A DNA stretch of 64,000 nucleotides from Macrostomum lignano (taxonomy: Eukaryota), in NCBI GenBank assembly GCA_002269645.1, contig NIVC01000508.1, positions 184,189-248,188 of the forward strand, read 5' to 3'. Shown here one piece after another: positions 34,659-48,111 of this stretch; positions within the stretch are counted from its first letter, which is position 1; each line of letters starts with the position of its first letter. Position numbers and translations under genes: made by a program. The notes beneath the pieces are model-generated. The model saw only the letters and a program-made list of their open reading frames with translations, was not told the DNA's origin and did not search any database.

Positions 34659-37600
34659 ATGCGCACCTTTGCGCTGTCATCCTTAAGCTTTGCTTTGACA
34701 ATTCTTGTCCTTGGAAATGCTTTCTTTCAGAAAAAGCAATTTTATCCATCCATTGTCTACTTAACAAAGTCAAACTCGAGTACAGCCGTAAGTGATCGCA
34801 TATGATATATTGTATATTGAAAATATAAATTATTTTCACTGGAGCAAATATTACTACTCCTATAGTCTATATGCTATGTTGATAAAAACGTTTGCAAAAA
34901 TATCTTCTGGTTATTATTTTTTTTCTTTCTCTTGGAATAAAATTAGGCCTATATTCATAATTCGTATAGGTTTTAGACTATTATGTAATTTATCATTTAT
35001 TTTAGATGGTTTCCATGCATTTCAGTGCCCATGCTTTTCAGTGCCAGGCATTTCGGTGCCCCAGCTTGCTTTTCGGTGCCAAACTTGAATATGCCTCAAT
35101 ATCCCTGCAAGCGCAGCTTGACTCACAAGGTGTGTTGCGCCTCAGGCAGCGTGCAGCCTACCGGACATGCCAAGCTAATATTCACAACGCTTGGGGTCAG
35201 CTAGGCGACAAGTTAATCACACCTACCCAACTTTTAGCTATCTGTAGTTGCTTTGTGGGATATTAACCAATACGACAATTTCATTTGATCAGCAACGATT
35301 TTAGCAGTTCTTTTAGGAATTTTATGACTTAATCTTATCATTACGATATGTTTGTTACGAATTACAATATCGATTAGTTGGACAATATGTTATTCAACTT
35401 AAATCATTTTTCTTTGTGATCATTATACATGTTTTTCGAATCAATCCTCGATTTGTTCTTTAAAACAAATTCATTGAAAAAATTAATTTGGAAGACAAAA
35501 AATAAACTTGTTCAGTTTATTCGTAATTGCCTTCGATTGAATCTAGAATAACATGATTGACTTTTAGCTTCATTCCATGTATTTGTTAAGCTGGGACCGA
35601 AAAGCAAAATGAGGCACCGAAAAGCAAACTGGGGCACCAAAATTCATGGTACTGAAAAGCACAGGCACTGAAAAGTGTGGATACCTTTTAAATAGGCTTG
35701 AATAAACCCTATGCAATACTTCCTAAGGCCCTAGCATAGGGCTTATACATATTTGGTACAGAGTACTTAGGCCTAGGCACAGCGGCTATGTCTATAATAT
35801 TTGAGCTTATAGGCACAGCAATAATCATTGATATAAAATGCGTGTTCTGTAGGGCTCTCTCACAAACAAATGGTGGCTTAGTGGGTATGTCAATTGCCTT
35901 GTGATCGCATGTAGCAAGGGTTCAAACATACATGTGCAACTTCTGAAATTACGCTGGCCGTGCAACTTAGTTTTCGATCAAAAATGCGACTTACCTATGT
36001 AAGAAAGCTAAACAAAGAATGGTGGGTAAACGGCAGGAGTAACTATGACCATATTTTAAAGGCTAAATGCCTCGCCAGCTAATTAGTGCAGATTTCGCGG
36101 TTTTTATTACAGCTAATCAGTATATCATAGTGGCGGCCTGAGGCAATTAGTAATGATGACAATGAGTAAAGACATGTAATGACAAAAGTCATTATTCATG
36201 AATGTCTAGAAGTAAGTGAAGTGAATACAGCGTGGCCTATAGCTCAAGAATAATTTCACTTGCTAGACAATTTGGCATGGAAGATGAGAGCCCTGATTCA
36301 GATGGCTCATCAGATGCAGAATACAAATCCAGTAGAGATACAAGCTGTGAAAACCCACAGATTTTGAAACCACTGAATTCCAATTTCCGGAACTTTTTTG
36401 CATAGATTCTTAAATTTGAAGTCATGCTCAAACAAAAACTTGTTAACAGTTAGGAAAAAAGCAAACAAGGATGGGAGTAAATGCATGTTAAATTAAGATT
36501 TGAGGCCTTTGCAAATTCTCTCCTTTCCTCAATCTTCTCATCCTCTTTTTCTTTTCTCTCTCATCCCTCATCCCTTCTCTCTTTCCTCTCCTCTCTCCTC
36601 TCTTTCCTCTTCTCTTATCTCTTCTGTCTCCTGTCTACATTCTTATCTCTCCTCTTGTCTATCTCCACTTCACTCTACTCTCTCATCTTATCTCTCCTCT
36701 CATATCTCTCATCTCATCTCTCCTCTCTTCTCTACTCTCTTATCTCTCCTCTCTTCACTCTCCTCTTATTTCCTCCTTATCCTCTCTTCTCTCGTCTACT
36801 CTCTTATCTCCTTTCTTCTCTCCTCTTTCCTCTTTTTTCTGATCTCATCCATCATCATATCTTTCCTCCTTCCTCTCATCTCTCTCATCTCTCTCCTCCC
36901 TCAGCTTTTCTCTCATCTTCTATCTTTTCTCCCATTGCATCGCTCGCCTCTCCTCTGTTTGCTTATCTCCAATCTTCTATTCCCTCTACTTTGAAGTAAG
37001 AAAATATGCACACATTTTTGCTGAAGATAAGAGGAGAGAAGAGGGCATTGAGGAGAAAGGGTAGAGAGAAAAGGGGAGAAAAGAGAGGGGAGAAGAGAGG
37101 AGAGTAAAAATGAAAGGAGAGAGAAGAGGGAAAAGGGGGAGAGAGAGAAGAGGGGAGGCAAGGTAGAGAAGAAGAGAGAGATGAGAGTTGAAGAGACACC
37201 AACCTTGCTAGTTAGAAAGTTTCAAAGAACCCAAGGGGCGAGGGCCAGATAGAGGGGCTTTGCGAGCTGGACTTTGCCGACCCCTGCTCCGGAGTTAAAG
37301 AAATCAATGGGAAACTGTTGACATAGCCTGCTGATTTCAAAGATCTTGTCTGTGGTTGAAGGCTTCTATTCTGTTTTTTTGCTCTCCTGCCACACTTGCA
37401 CCTACTACCCCTTGATCGCCTCTGATTGCGACTTACTTCCCTCTTATTGCGACTTAGTTGCTCCTTTTGCGACTTACCTAATCCTTTTGCGACTTACCTA
37501 ATCCTTTTTGCAACTTGACCGAATCCTTTTTGCAACTTAGTTGCTCCTTTTGTGACTTACCTAATCATTTGTGCAACTTAATTTGCTTCTGCTGCAACTT

Positions 37601-40600
37601 GTTTTTCTTTTGCTTCACCATTTTACTTCCCTATATTGCTCTTTCCTCTTGCATTTTTTCGTTTTTGGTCAACTCAATTTTGCGACTTACCCTGGTCCAC
37701 CACAATTTACGGTGGCCGGATTGGCCAGCTCGGCCAGCAGTTGCGCATGTATGGGTTCAAATTCCAAGTGGTCAGTGTTTTTTTATTTGAATTTTTTTAG
37801 CAATTAGAAATTTTTCGTCCTGATTTTTTCAGGTTTTTAATTAAAATAAATTAAATTAAATTTTTTAATAGGAGTAACACTAAATCTTAAAGTGTGGCCA
37901 ATATGTATCGAAAAAATATTTCTTTTTCAGTAGCTACCACATATTTTGCAGCTGCACTTTAAGATTTTGTGTTTCTCTTTAAAATTTAATTTAATTTAAT
38001 TTTTTTTAAATTTCAAATGAGAAAAAACTCCTATGACTTTTCAATCAATAGATCTTTTTTTATCCAATCAATGATTAAATGATTATATATATGATTACAT
38101 GGCAGCCATGCCTATAAGCTCCAATATTATGGAGCTTATGTCCCACCATGTCTCTAAGTGGCCATGTCTCTAAGTGTCAACCCATTCAATATTAACAACA
38201 CAGCTGCTGTGCAAGTTTTATTGACATGGCAGCCGTGTCTCTAATAGTGACTAGGTCCATACTTATAGACATGGCGGCTATGTCTATAATGCAGAATCTT
38301 AGAGACAGGGTGGCCGTGTCTATAAATATAGGCCTAGTTACTATTAAAGACATGGCTGCTATGTCTATAAGTTTTTGCATTATAGACACGGTTGCCATGT
38401 CTCTAAGTGTCGCATATTTGGTAACCCTTTGATAATTGATGTGGTTGGTAATAGTCCATTTGGTGATAGCCATTTTGGTAACAACCACTTTGCTGACAAG
38501 TGATTATAAACAATATTTATTGATTAATATGCTCTAATTTAGAGTCCAAAAGACTTTTAAGACTAGACTGTTAAGTCTAAAAGACTCTTAAAAGAGTCTA
38601 AAAGAAAGTGCAAATCAACTTGAAGGAAATGAAGATGAAAAATAATTGAAATACATTCTTGCATGCTTTGAGAGAATTGAATTAATGCAGAAAACTATTT
38701 GTTTAAAAGTATTTAAGCCAATCTTTCTTAATTTCTAGGTGCAATAAATGCATATACCAAAGACATCGTATAATTGACCAAATATTGTATATAGGCCATA
38801 TTGCAAAAGGAGGGTTATTATATAAAAGGTTATTTATTGTTGCAATACTAGCCTAGATTTGATAAAATGGGCGCATACAAATTTTTTGTTCAATTTTTGT
38901 TCAGGTGTGCACCTAGTGCGATCTGGACCTAGCATGAGATATTGTGTTGACAGATATGAATTTGCTTTGTTACCTAAGTGGTAATTATTAAAGTGGTTAT
39001 TTTTTGTTACCAAAGTGATAATTACCAAAGTGGCTATTACAGAAATGGATTATATTCATATGGCCCATGTATCTTGGTCTTAGAGAATGACCCCTTAGTA
39101 CATTTTTGCTAAACCCTTAATGCATGTCTGCAAATTTTTTAAATCACTCAATTGGATATCATACTAGGCTTTTTATTTATCATATATATATAGGCCATAT
39201 TGCAATATATATATTGGCTTTATTTTGACTTTGACTTTATATCATTGCATTATAATGTCGTAAGGCTCACTTCTGTCCTCCAATTATCCTACTAATTGCC
39301 ACCAAAGTTGCGATAGGTGTACTTCTTCTTACTCTATAAATCTCCTACAAACTGCCACCAAGCTGTCGTGATTGGACTTCTATTATAATATATCTTAGCT
39401 GTTTCTTAGAATTTCATTTAAATATTTCTGGGTAGCATATTTTTAGTAGCATTTCTGGTAGCGTTCTGGTAGCTTTCTGGTAGCTTATGAGTAGCTTTTC
39501 AGGTAGCGTTCTGGTAGCTTTCTGGCCTGAGCAGTCTAATACTGGTATATGAATTTAGTCAGTCCTAATAGGCATTTGCCAAGATTAGAGGGTCACAGTG
39601 TAACTCTTAGTATCTCTTTTGAATTGTCTCTTTAATTCTCTCTTCCTACAATCTCTTTCGTGCTTGTTCTCAAACCAAGCTTTGAAATAACTGACAATTT
39701 CGAATTCTGAGTATTTATATTTGAACCACTATTAGAGGCTTTTTGCTCTTAAACAGGTTGGTTTTATTTGAGGTGAAATCGCTTGTATATATAGCAAAAT
39801 TTCTTCCACGCATTTAAACAAAAAATAATTTGTCAATTTATTTGTACAGTATAACAAAATGTTTCTAATTTTTAGCGTTTCGCACAAACTTGACTTATTA
39901 GAAAATGAGTAATAACTATAAGCACTGCCTCAATAATATTAAAAACAATGTGGAAATATAGTATTAGACTTGATTTAGATTATGTAGCCATATTTGTTAA
40001 CTATAATAATTAAGGCTAATCTGGGTTTTTTGTAGGTAGAATGTAACCTAAATTTTGAAATTGCACCTTGAAATTAAAAAGTGGGTGCAATCAAGTGCCT
40101 TCTCATTACCTATTTTTCATTTTAAGTCTCATTTGCACTGCCTTAACATAAGAAAAAGTAAAAATTGCACTCTGAGCCTTAAAATTTCGCCCTAAAATTA
40201 GGCATAGGATGTGATTTGCACCTTGTCTTGGGCGAAAAACCCAGAGGCCAATATTGACTTGCCTAAGAAATTCATTCTTATAACTACGAGGGGTGTCCAA
40301 AAAGTAGTGATACTTTTAACTGTAGCTCTCGTTCTATAGCTTCCTGTGATTTAAAATTTTATGAACTGATAGCGGCAAATCTCTTCTACAGACTGCTTTT
40401 AAATTTTTTAAAATTGATACTAGACAACAAAAGTTATACCCACGAAAGTAACAGTACCTGTACCATAGAGTTACACAAATTATAGGCTGAGTTCACGAGA
40501 TCCATGCCGAGTAAGCTTCGATGAATTGTTGATTTCGGCTTGTCCAACCTGTCAGCAATCTCTCTAATGGTCAAGAAGATTCAGAATGGAGTCCGCCAGT

Positions 40601-43600
40601 ACATCAGGTTGATGAACGTATGGCCACCCCATCCGATGCTGATCTGCCAAGTCAGTCTTTCCCTCGCTGAACTGCTCCATCCATTGATAAACTGTCATTT
40701 TGCTGACCGCAGAGGATCCGTGCGCAGAGCAAAGTTTTGCGTGAATTTCTGAGGCACTATGGCCAGCGCCCCAAAGAGTGAAGATGGTGCTTTGCTGAGA
40801 AACAACTGAGTGCACATCCATGTGTGTTGTTGAGTATGGGCAATGAAATCATAAATGAATTGCAAAATGCAAGCTCTTCTGTTTGCAAGTAAAGTAATGA
40901 ATTTAATGCTTTATATTTCTGCGCATGATCCCGTCCATAGACAAATTTCAGTCAGTCACAGTGAGCATCATTTTGCAATTGGGGTTTGGTATTGCTTAAA
41001 CAAGACATTTATCGATGCCTTCTTAATGAATGAGTGCAGAAGTTGACTATTATAAATTTCGATATAGTTTGTGTAACTTTATGGTACAGGTACTGTTACT
41101 TTTGTGGGTATAACTTTTGTTATCTAGTATCAATTTTAAAAATTAAAAAAAGCAGTCTGTAGAAGAAATTTGCCACTATCAGTTCATAAAATTTTATATC
41201 ACAGGAAGCTATAGAACGAGAGCTACGGTTAAAAGTATCACTACTTTTTGGACACCCCTCGTACTTTATGCAACTTTTATTCTTATCAACTTGATCTAAT
41301 TCTTGAATTAAAAGTACTACAATTCATTTTTTCATTTGACAAAAGCTAGCCTGGATATAAGCATACTATTTTTGAATTGTAATATTTTAATTTTGTAATT
41401 TAAAGTAGAAAAAAAATAATTGCACTAACTTAAAAATGATTATTGCATTGGCTAAGACAAGCATTATTGTACTGATTAAAAAAGATATGATTGTGCTCTA
41501 ACTAAGAAAAAAGACTTTTGCATCATGTCAAAAAAGAATTTGTGGAAGATAAAAAAAGGTTATTGCACTATATAAGAAAATGACTTTATTGTATTAGATA
41601 AGAAAATGATTATTGCATTAGCTTAGAAAAGAAATATTGCAGTAGATACAGAAAGGACTTTTGCTCTAGATGAAAAAGATTATTTCATTATCAAGATATA
41701 GATTATTGCATTGGCTAAAGAAAGGATTATTGCACTACATAAGAAAAATATTATTGCACTTAATAAGTAAAGGATTATTGTACTAGCTAAGGAAAGTGTT
41801 GCACTTACTTGTTATTTAGGAGGGGGTGCTTACTATTTGGGAGAGGGGAGATTCTTTTTATCTAGGGATGTTTACTATATCTTGGGAGTGCTTGCTATTG
41901 GGAGGGGAGATACTTATTATCTAGCAAGTGCTTGCTGATATTTGAAAGATACTTATTATCTAGGGGAGGCAGTTCCTATCTGGAGGTATTGCAAGCTATC
42001 TGGGGTTGCTTGCTTTTAGGGGATATTTGCTCAGGAGAATTGCTGAGATTTCAAGGCTTGCTAAGGGGATTGTTTAAGTGTCAAGGCAAGTAGAATTCAT
42101 ATAAATAATTTTTGTCCCTTATTGGGTGCCTCAAAGGGGGGCACTATAGATTGCTAGTCTATCTATTATTTTTATTCCTATTTTTGTTTAGATAAATGTG
42201 TATGGTTAGCACTTAAAAGTTTTGAATATATATTGTATAATACACTAGATCATATTGAGTGCACATTAGAATATACGATAGGTATATTATATTGGTCAAC
42301 ATACTATAATCTATTTTTTGTTAAAATTGATAACATATTGACAGACAGACATATCAACAAACCATTTTAGTATATCGATAGATTTGGCCTTTAGGCTAGA
42401 AATTTATATGGATATATATTTGCCTCTCATTGAAAATTTTGTTATACAAAAATGGTTTGGGTTTGATATATAAGTATTTAGTGTAGAACTTGTAAATTTT
42501 GATCAAATAAAACTTAACCCAAACCCAATAAAATTTATTTCTAATATGCAGGCATCGGCATCTTGTATGATGATATTTGAGGCTATTTTGAGGATTTGTC
42601 TATTTAAAGTTCTATTTGTCTACTTGTTGTCTTAGTAGTCTAAACTGAATTTCTCACTTTTGCATTATTTAATCATTTCAAGGTTTTAGACCTTCCTAAA
42701 TTTTTGGCCATGCCATTGCCACTGCTATTAGAGTAGGTCTAAATATCAAAATGAAAAATACCTAAAACTTCTAGTATATAAATACTTTGATCTATCAATA
42801 CTTCCTAAATATCTTACTGCAGTTAAAGATGATAGAATTGCAATAGAAATCTAAGAAAGCTAATAAGATTTAGAAATACAGTTCTAAGGAATCTTATTAT
42901 TTTCTGATAAGATGTTTTATAGTACACAAAAATATTGACTGCTCTCGTAGGAAAATAATAAGTGCATAAATTTAATTCACTAAATATTGTACTAGGTTCT
43001 CTATCTGCAAGGCATCGTACTAATTTACCTATTGGGCAAAGCCTTAGCTCGCATATTCTTTGGCCAGCTTCGTCCAACCGAAGTTGAGCACCTAATCGAG
43101 CGAGGCTGGTACGCTATCACTGAGACCTGCTTAGCTTTCGCAGCATTTCGCGACGACTTGTCATTCCGTTTCTTCACCATGTTCACTTTGCTGCTATTCA
43201 TTAAATGCTTTCACTGGCTAGCAGAGGACCGAGTCGATTTTATGGAGCGCAGTCCGGTTATTACTCGAGTGTTTCACCTGCGAGCTATCGGTGTACTCAC
43301 CTGCCTGTGCCTACTCGATTCCGCTTTTATTCGATACGCCTATCGAACCACATTGGCTAGAGGAGCCAGCGTACAATTAGTATTCGGTTTTGAATACGCC
43401 ATATTGTTTGTGTTCGCTTTGGGCGTCTGGCAAAAGTACATATTGCACGCGATAGATTCGCGCTCCGACGAACCATGGGATCGTAAAGCTATTCTAATGC
43501 TTTGGGGCGAGCTGGTCTTGTCTGCCGCAAGCCTGCTATTGTACGCCATGTTCATCTTCATCATGCTGCGGGTGCACGCTTTTCCATTGTTCGCTATTCG

Positions 43601-45347
43601 ACCAGCTTATACGGCATTTAGAAGCTTCAAGCTGGCACTAAGCGACATGGTGCTGTCGCGCCGGGCCATCCGAATCATGCAGCAACGCTATCCAGACGCT
43701 ACAGCCGAGGATTTATCTAGCTCCGATAATGTCTGCATCATCTGTCGCGAAGAGATGCTGCCCGATACTGGCTGTAAAAAGTTGCCATGCGGCCATATGT
43801 TCCATTCTAATTGCTTGCGATCTTGGTTCCAACGCCAGCAGACTTGTCCAACTTGTCGAATGGATGTACTTAGAGACAATCAGCAGCAGCAGCAACAACA
43901 GCAGCAGCAACAGCCACCTGCAGCGGCTGCTGCTGCTGCTGCTGCTCCTTCAGCTCCATCATCAGCTTCGGCTGATTCCCAAGCCGCTGCCGCCGCTGCA
44001 TCCGGTAGCGCTGCAGCTTCCTCGTCGCCTCCAGCCGCATTCTTCCTACCTTCGGCCGATTTCTCGGCATCAATTCCTGCTGCCCCGGCTCCGCTGCTGC
44101 CGGACGATTTGAAGCAACTCAGCGAGGCTGAACTTCGCCGAATGGAGGCTTGGAATCGCGAAGCTCTCGAGCGTCGAGTTGAGCACCTGCAGAGAATCTC
44201 GGCTCTGCTAGACGCCGCCGTACTGCAGATGGGCCAGTACACCCAGCTAATGGCGCGGATTGGGCCGCCTCCACCGCTTGCTGAGGACAGTCAAGCAGGT
44301 GCATGTGCCGCCGCCGCTTCTGCTCCTGCTGCTGGATCAGCTGCTGAGGCCACCGCTAATAGTACTAGCAGTAAGTAGTATAGTGCATGTATCGTAATTT
44401 TTACACAACTGTTTCTTATGCGCGTGTAAATCATTTTTCAGTCTGTCGTTCTAAAAATCTGATCTTTTTAATCGTTCTTAAGCGTCAAGCAATGTTAGAT
44501 TAGGGATAGAATTGCTGGGATGCCAATGCTCAAGGGGAGTTGCTGGGATCGCCAGGCCAATTTGAATGCTTTAGTGCCAAGGCTTAAAGGCCGTGCTGAT
44601 ATCTTAGGCTAGATAGCTGGGTTTCAGGGCTGAATGCTTAAGTTTTTTCTTAGGGAAACTGATATAAGTGACGGTAAAATGCTATGTACATGTATGCATA
44701 GGGCAAATATTGCTAGTCCTTTTTTTAAATTAAGTTGACTTTGAGTTCTTAGACTCTGGGGGGTTCACAAGCTCAAAATTTCACGTCGAAAGCACCTTCC
44801 TTCGCAAACTCGAAACTTCACAAGGTCGAAAGTTCACGTCAACAACTCCTTTAGTCCATAGCAAGGGATGTCATATTACATATGGCGAACATGAAGGGGG
44901 CTTCATTAGACCAAAATTTCACAACGCCGAAGACTACTGCATGGTCCTTGTTATATTAAGTTTTCTACGATGTGAAATTTCGGTCTTATAAAGTTTTGAG
45001 CTTGTGAAAGCGCCCCGGTCACCTGCCATTGATCTATCCATAATCGTCATTTAAGTTCAAACTGACACGATTCTCAAACCGACAACTTATCCAATTTACT
45101 AACAACAGGCTCCACGAAACCGGCTGTAAAGTCGGAGAATTGGTCACCCGAGCCAGCCGCTAGCCAGCCAGCGTCAACCGTGAAGCCGGAGTCGCCGTCA
45201 GTTGTCGACGAAAAGCCAGACCTAACTGGCTCAGGGTCGGCTTCCTCCGCCACCGCGCCCGACCAGTCGGAGATTAGGCGGCGTCGGCTGCTTCATTTGT
45301 CGTCTCGCGACGGATTGAAAGCTGAAGATGAGGATTCTCTTGATTGA
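34659..45347 (+). CDS. SYVN1: E3 ubiquitin ligase synoviolin/HRD1 (ERAD), 3 coding exons, about 580 aa
   Basis: Exons 34659-34787 (MRTFAL..QFYPSIVYLTKSNSSTA), 42996-44370 and 45109-45347, phases 0 and 1 consistent. GQLRPTEVEHLIER, KCFHWLAEDRVDFMERSP, RING-H2 CIICREEM..CGHMFHSNCLRSWFQRQQTCPTCR, C-terminal EIRRRRL; polyQ and polyA runs. Confidence 0.95.
35008..35685. mobile_element. MULE-like non-autonomous TIR element in SYVN1 intron 1
   Basis: Imperfect TIRs GGTTTCCATGCATTTCAGTGCC / GGCACTGAAAAGTGTGGATACC; arrays of TTTTCGGTGCC subterminal motifs; flanks TTTTAGAT and TTTTAAAT look like a TSD. Confidence 0.65.
36520..37286. repeat. CT-rich then GA-rich low-complexity tracts ending in a hAT (Charlie-like) terminus
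   Basis: CT tract 36520-36990, GA tract 37030-37195, then GGACTTTGCCGACCCCTG at 37269-37286 (reverse complement of the CAGGGGTCGGCAAA-type terminus). Confidence 0.75.
37420..37580. repeat. ~20-bp degenerate tandem repeat
   Basis: TTTTGCGACTTACCTAATCC with GCAACTT and GTGACTT variants. Confidence 0.8.
38090..38420. repeat. Array of decayed palindromic motifs, inferred ancestor about AGACACGGCGGCCGTGTCT
   Basis: GACATGGCAGCCGTGTCT, GACATGGCGGCTATGTCT, GACAGGGTGGCCGTGTCT, GACATGGCTGCTATGTCT, GACACGGTTGCCATGTCT. Confidence 0.7.
40287..41261 (-). mobile_element. Internally deleted mariner element, 975 bp
   Basis: About 190-bp TIRs starting CGAGGGGTGTCCAAAAAGT; TA TSD on both sides; minus ORF 40821-40564 has the mariner N-terminal HTH (EIHAKL..HGSSAVSKMTVYQWMEQFSEGKTDLADQHRMGWP); no DDD domain. 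Confidence 0.92.
41420..41800. repeat. Old, diverged ~28-bp satellite
   Basis: Recurring GATTATTGCA(C/T)T..(A/T)AAGAAAA motif at roughly regular spacing. Confidence 0.6.
44758..45016. mobile_element. Small inverted-repeat element (MITE-like) in SYVN1 intron 2
   Basis: TTCACAAGCTCAAAA (44764-44778) and TTTTGAGCTTGTGAA (44994-45008) inverted pair, plus an inner AATTTCAC/GTGAAATT pair. Confidence 0.55.
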
Positions 45348-47163
45348 TTGGTTGATCGAATGTTGTACTACAGGTGTCCCTAATCTACGAGTTAAATGTG
45401 AGACTAAAAGCATAGGAAAAAGGGATCATCTATAATAACGAGTCAGTTTAATCTACGCGTTATTTCAGCCTCAAAATGGCAATAACTAATTGGGTGACAA
45501 GGTACTGACTTATCAAAGTAAGCAGTAATACAGTTTACTCCTGCCTTTTACCCATAAAGTTCCTGTGGACAAGAGTCATCTATCATCGTTAAGAATCATG
45601 CGGATATCCTGCTTTTCTTCTGAGTTTATTATATGTTGCGTTTTTCCCTGCTTTCAAGATTTCTAAGAGCAGGTAAACATGGAATTGAAAAACTGTCATA
45701 GAGATAACGTAATGCCATGTCTAAGTCTGCTTAAAGTTAGTAGGATATCTATATTAAAACCCGTTATTAATCTACTATATTGCCTGATTTGTGTACAAGT
45801 CATATTTTATTAAGACTTGTACATAATTGCTATCATCGATTTTGTTATCTAAATCTTAATCCTTCCTTAAAATTCATATCTAGTCTAGTAGGCCTTTTTG
45901 ATTATGAGAAATGAAATATACGCCTTGAATGTACGCCTCTTTTGTTAGTTTTTGTCTTCTATCTGTTTATTTAACCTATCCTTGCCCTGATGCTGACTGG
46001 TGCGCTTTGAGTGCTGATTCTGTTAAAATATTGTGAAGCTTTCATCCTCTCCCAGATGCACGAATCATTGGGTTTCAGTTTGTGTTTTATTAATTATTAA
46101 TCAAGCACTCATTGTGTGCCAAAGAAATCGCTTCAAACCTCGATAATAAACTGAGTCCTGTTTATTATCCCCGAAACCTTGTCACACCGGTTGTAACTGG
46201 CCATCGTTTTTGCGGTTGCAATTACTAAACAAATGAATGTTAATGTTATTACAGATGTCTGTTTGCATTCAACACCATTATGCGTTAATATATGCTGTAG
46301 CTTCTCAACTAGATACAATATATAATAGATTTAGTTTGTTGCTTATTTGCCTTAAAGTGCACTGTGCATTGATCACCATTTTTGTTAAACCTTGTGAATA
46401 CACACCAAACACACTAGCAGTGATCAGGTTGCTGTTGTTTGTGACTTAATTAACCAACAACTAATCCTTTAATTTACATAACCTTTCCACTAATTCTGTT
46501 GTCAATAGCCGCGCTCAATATATTGTATTAAAAGGTGTGTACCTTGTTTTGTCTACAGAATCAAGTAGCCAAACAACCTTAATAAATATGGATAGACATG
46601 GGCGAAACGATTTTCTTTTTAGTAAATGCACTTGTTGGCCTAGTTTATTTGGTAGCTTCTTCTTTACCGGTATGTTCATCTTGTGCATCGATGGAAGTGT
46701 TTAAATAAAATAACCGGATTGATTTTTGTGGTAACTGTTTTGGTGAAGTTTATTCCTTCAGTTCATCATCACTGTATTCTTCTTGACTTTGTCATTTTTA
46801 TTTTCTTAACTAGCGGTAAAATTGACACCTTGCCAACAATCTGATAGATTGATTCTACGGCTGATTTTTCAAAGTACTGTCCGTATTAAAGTCACACCAA
46901 CTGGGATAATCCAACAAATATCTAATTCAGAAATCTGAATGAACTTAAGAATCCAAATAATAGATAGATTAACACAATTGAACCCGTCGAAGAGAAATAA
47001 TGTTCCAAAGGGTATACCTATACTAGATTCCAGCCCAGTAAAGACTTTAATACAGCCCTAAAAGCAGCCGATTTTTACAGCTATTAGGATGATGAGTTGT
47101 TTGTTGCGTATCCTGCACTCATAGAATAATTTTTATTCGTTAACCATTGCTGCAAATATAGTC

Positions 47164-48111
47164 ATGTCTCTATCTGGCAAGGTCTGTCTGGTTACGGGCG
47201 CCACTCGCGGCATCGGCAAAGGCATCGCCCTGCAGCTGGGCGAGGCCGGCGCCACGGTGTACATCACTGGCCGAACGATGGACCCGAAGCCAGGTGCTGC
47301 AGTTGGCGGCAGCATTAAAGAAACCATTGCAGAGATCGAAGCCAGAGGCGGTCGAGCTATTGGTGTTCAATGCGATCACAAGAAGGACGAGGACGTTAAG
47401 AGACTATTTGAGCAGATTCAGCAAGAGCAAAATGGTCGTCTGGACGTGCTGGTTAACAATGCTTATTCGGCGGTTCGCTTAATCTCCGAATCTATGGGCA
47501 AAAAGTTCTGGGAGTTAGATGTCTCAGCTTGGGACGAGGTGAACAATGTAGGCTTGCGCAATCACTACATTTGCTCTGTGTACGCCTCTCGCATGATGGT
47601 AGAGCGGGGCACGGGTCTTATCGTTAACCTATCCTCACCTGGTGGTCTTCGCTACCTGTTCAACGTGCCCTACGGTGTGGGAAAAGCTGCCCTGGATCGC
47701 ATGGCAGGCGACTTCGCGGTGGAGCTGAAGCCTCGGGGCATTGCCGCTATCAGCCTTTGGCCCGGCGCCGTTCAAACCGAAGAGATCATGTCTGATTTAT
47801 CTAATATGCCGCCTCGTCAACGTCGCATGTTTGAGCAAGGCGAGACTGTCGAGTTCGCTGGAAAAGCCATTGTTGCATTGGCTTCTACACCTGTGAGCAG
47901 CTTGTTAAAGGACAAGACTGGCCGAGTGCTGCTGACTGGCGACCTTGCCGACGAGTACTGCCTGCGCGACGCTGGCGGCCGTCAGATTCAATCCATGCGA
48001 TCTATTCGGTTCATGCTGGAACAGGCAGGCTTTCTACGACTGGCTCGTCTTGTGCCCACCTTTGTGAAAGTACCGCGCTTTTTTCTAGCCATAATGGGCA
48101 GTAAGTTTTAG
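47164..48111 (+). CDS. DHRS1: Dehydrogenase/reductase SDR family member 1, intronless CDS, 315 aa
   Basis: TGATRGIG cofactor motif, LDVLVNNAY, NNVGLRNHYICSVYA, catalytic YGVGK (YxxxK), SLWPGAVQTE. Confidence 0.92.
   Translation: MSLSGKVCLVTGATRGIGKGIALQLGEAGATVYITGRTMDPKPGAAVGGSIKETIAEIEARGGRAIGVQCDHKKDEDVKRLFEQIQQEQNGRLDVLVNNAYSAVRLISESMGKKFWELDVSAWDEVNNVGLRNHYICSVYASRMMVERGTGLIVNLSSPGGLRYLFNVPYGVGKAALDRMAGDFAVELKPRGIAAISLWPGAVQTEEIMSDLSNMPPRQRRMFEQGETVEFAGKAIVALASTPVSSLLKDKTGRVLLTGDLADEYCLRDAGGRQIQSMRSIRFMLEQAGFLRLARLVPTFVKVPRFFLAIMGSKF

Noticed and set aside
36237-36431. Short ORFs on both strands in SYVN1 intron 1 (acidic Ser-rich on +)
   Set aside because: No start/splice context or recognisable homology; probably decayed TE sequence.
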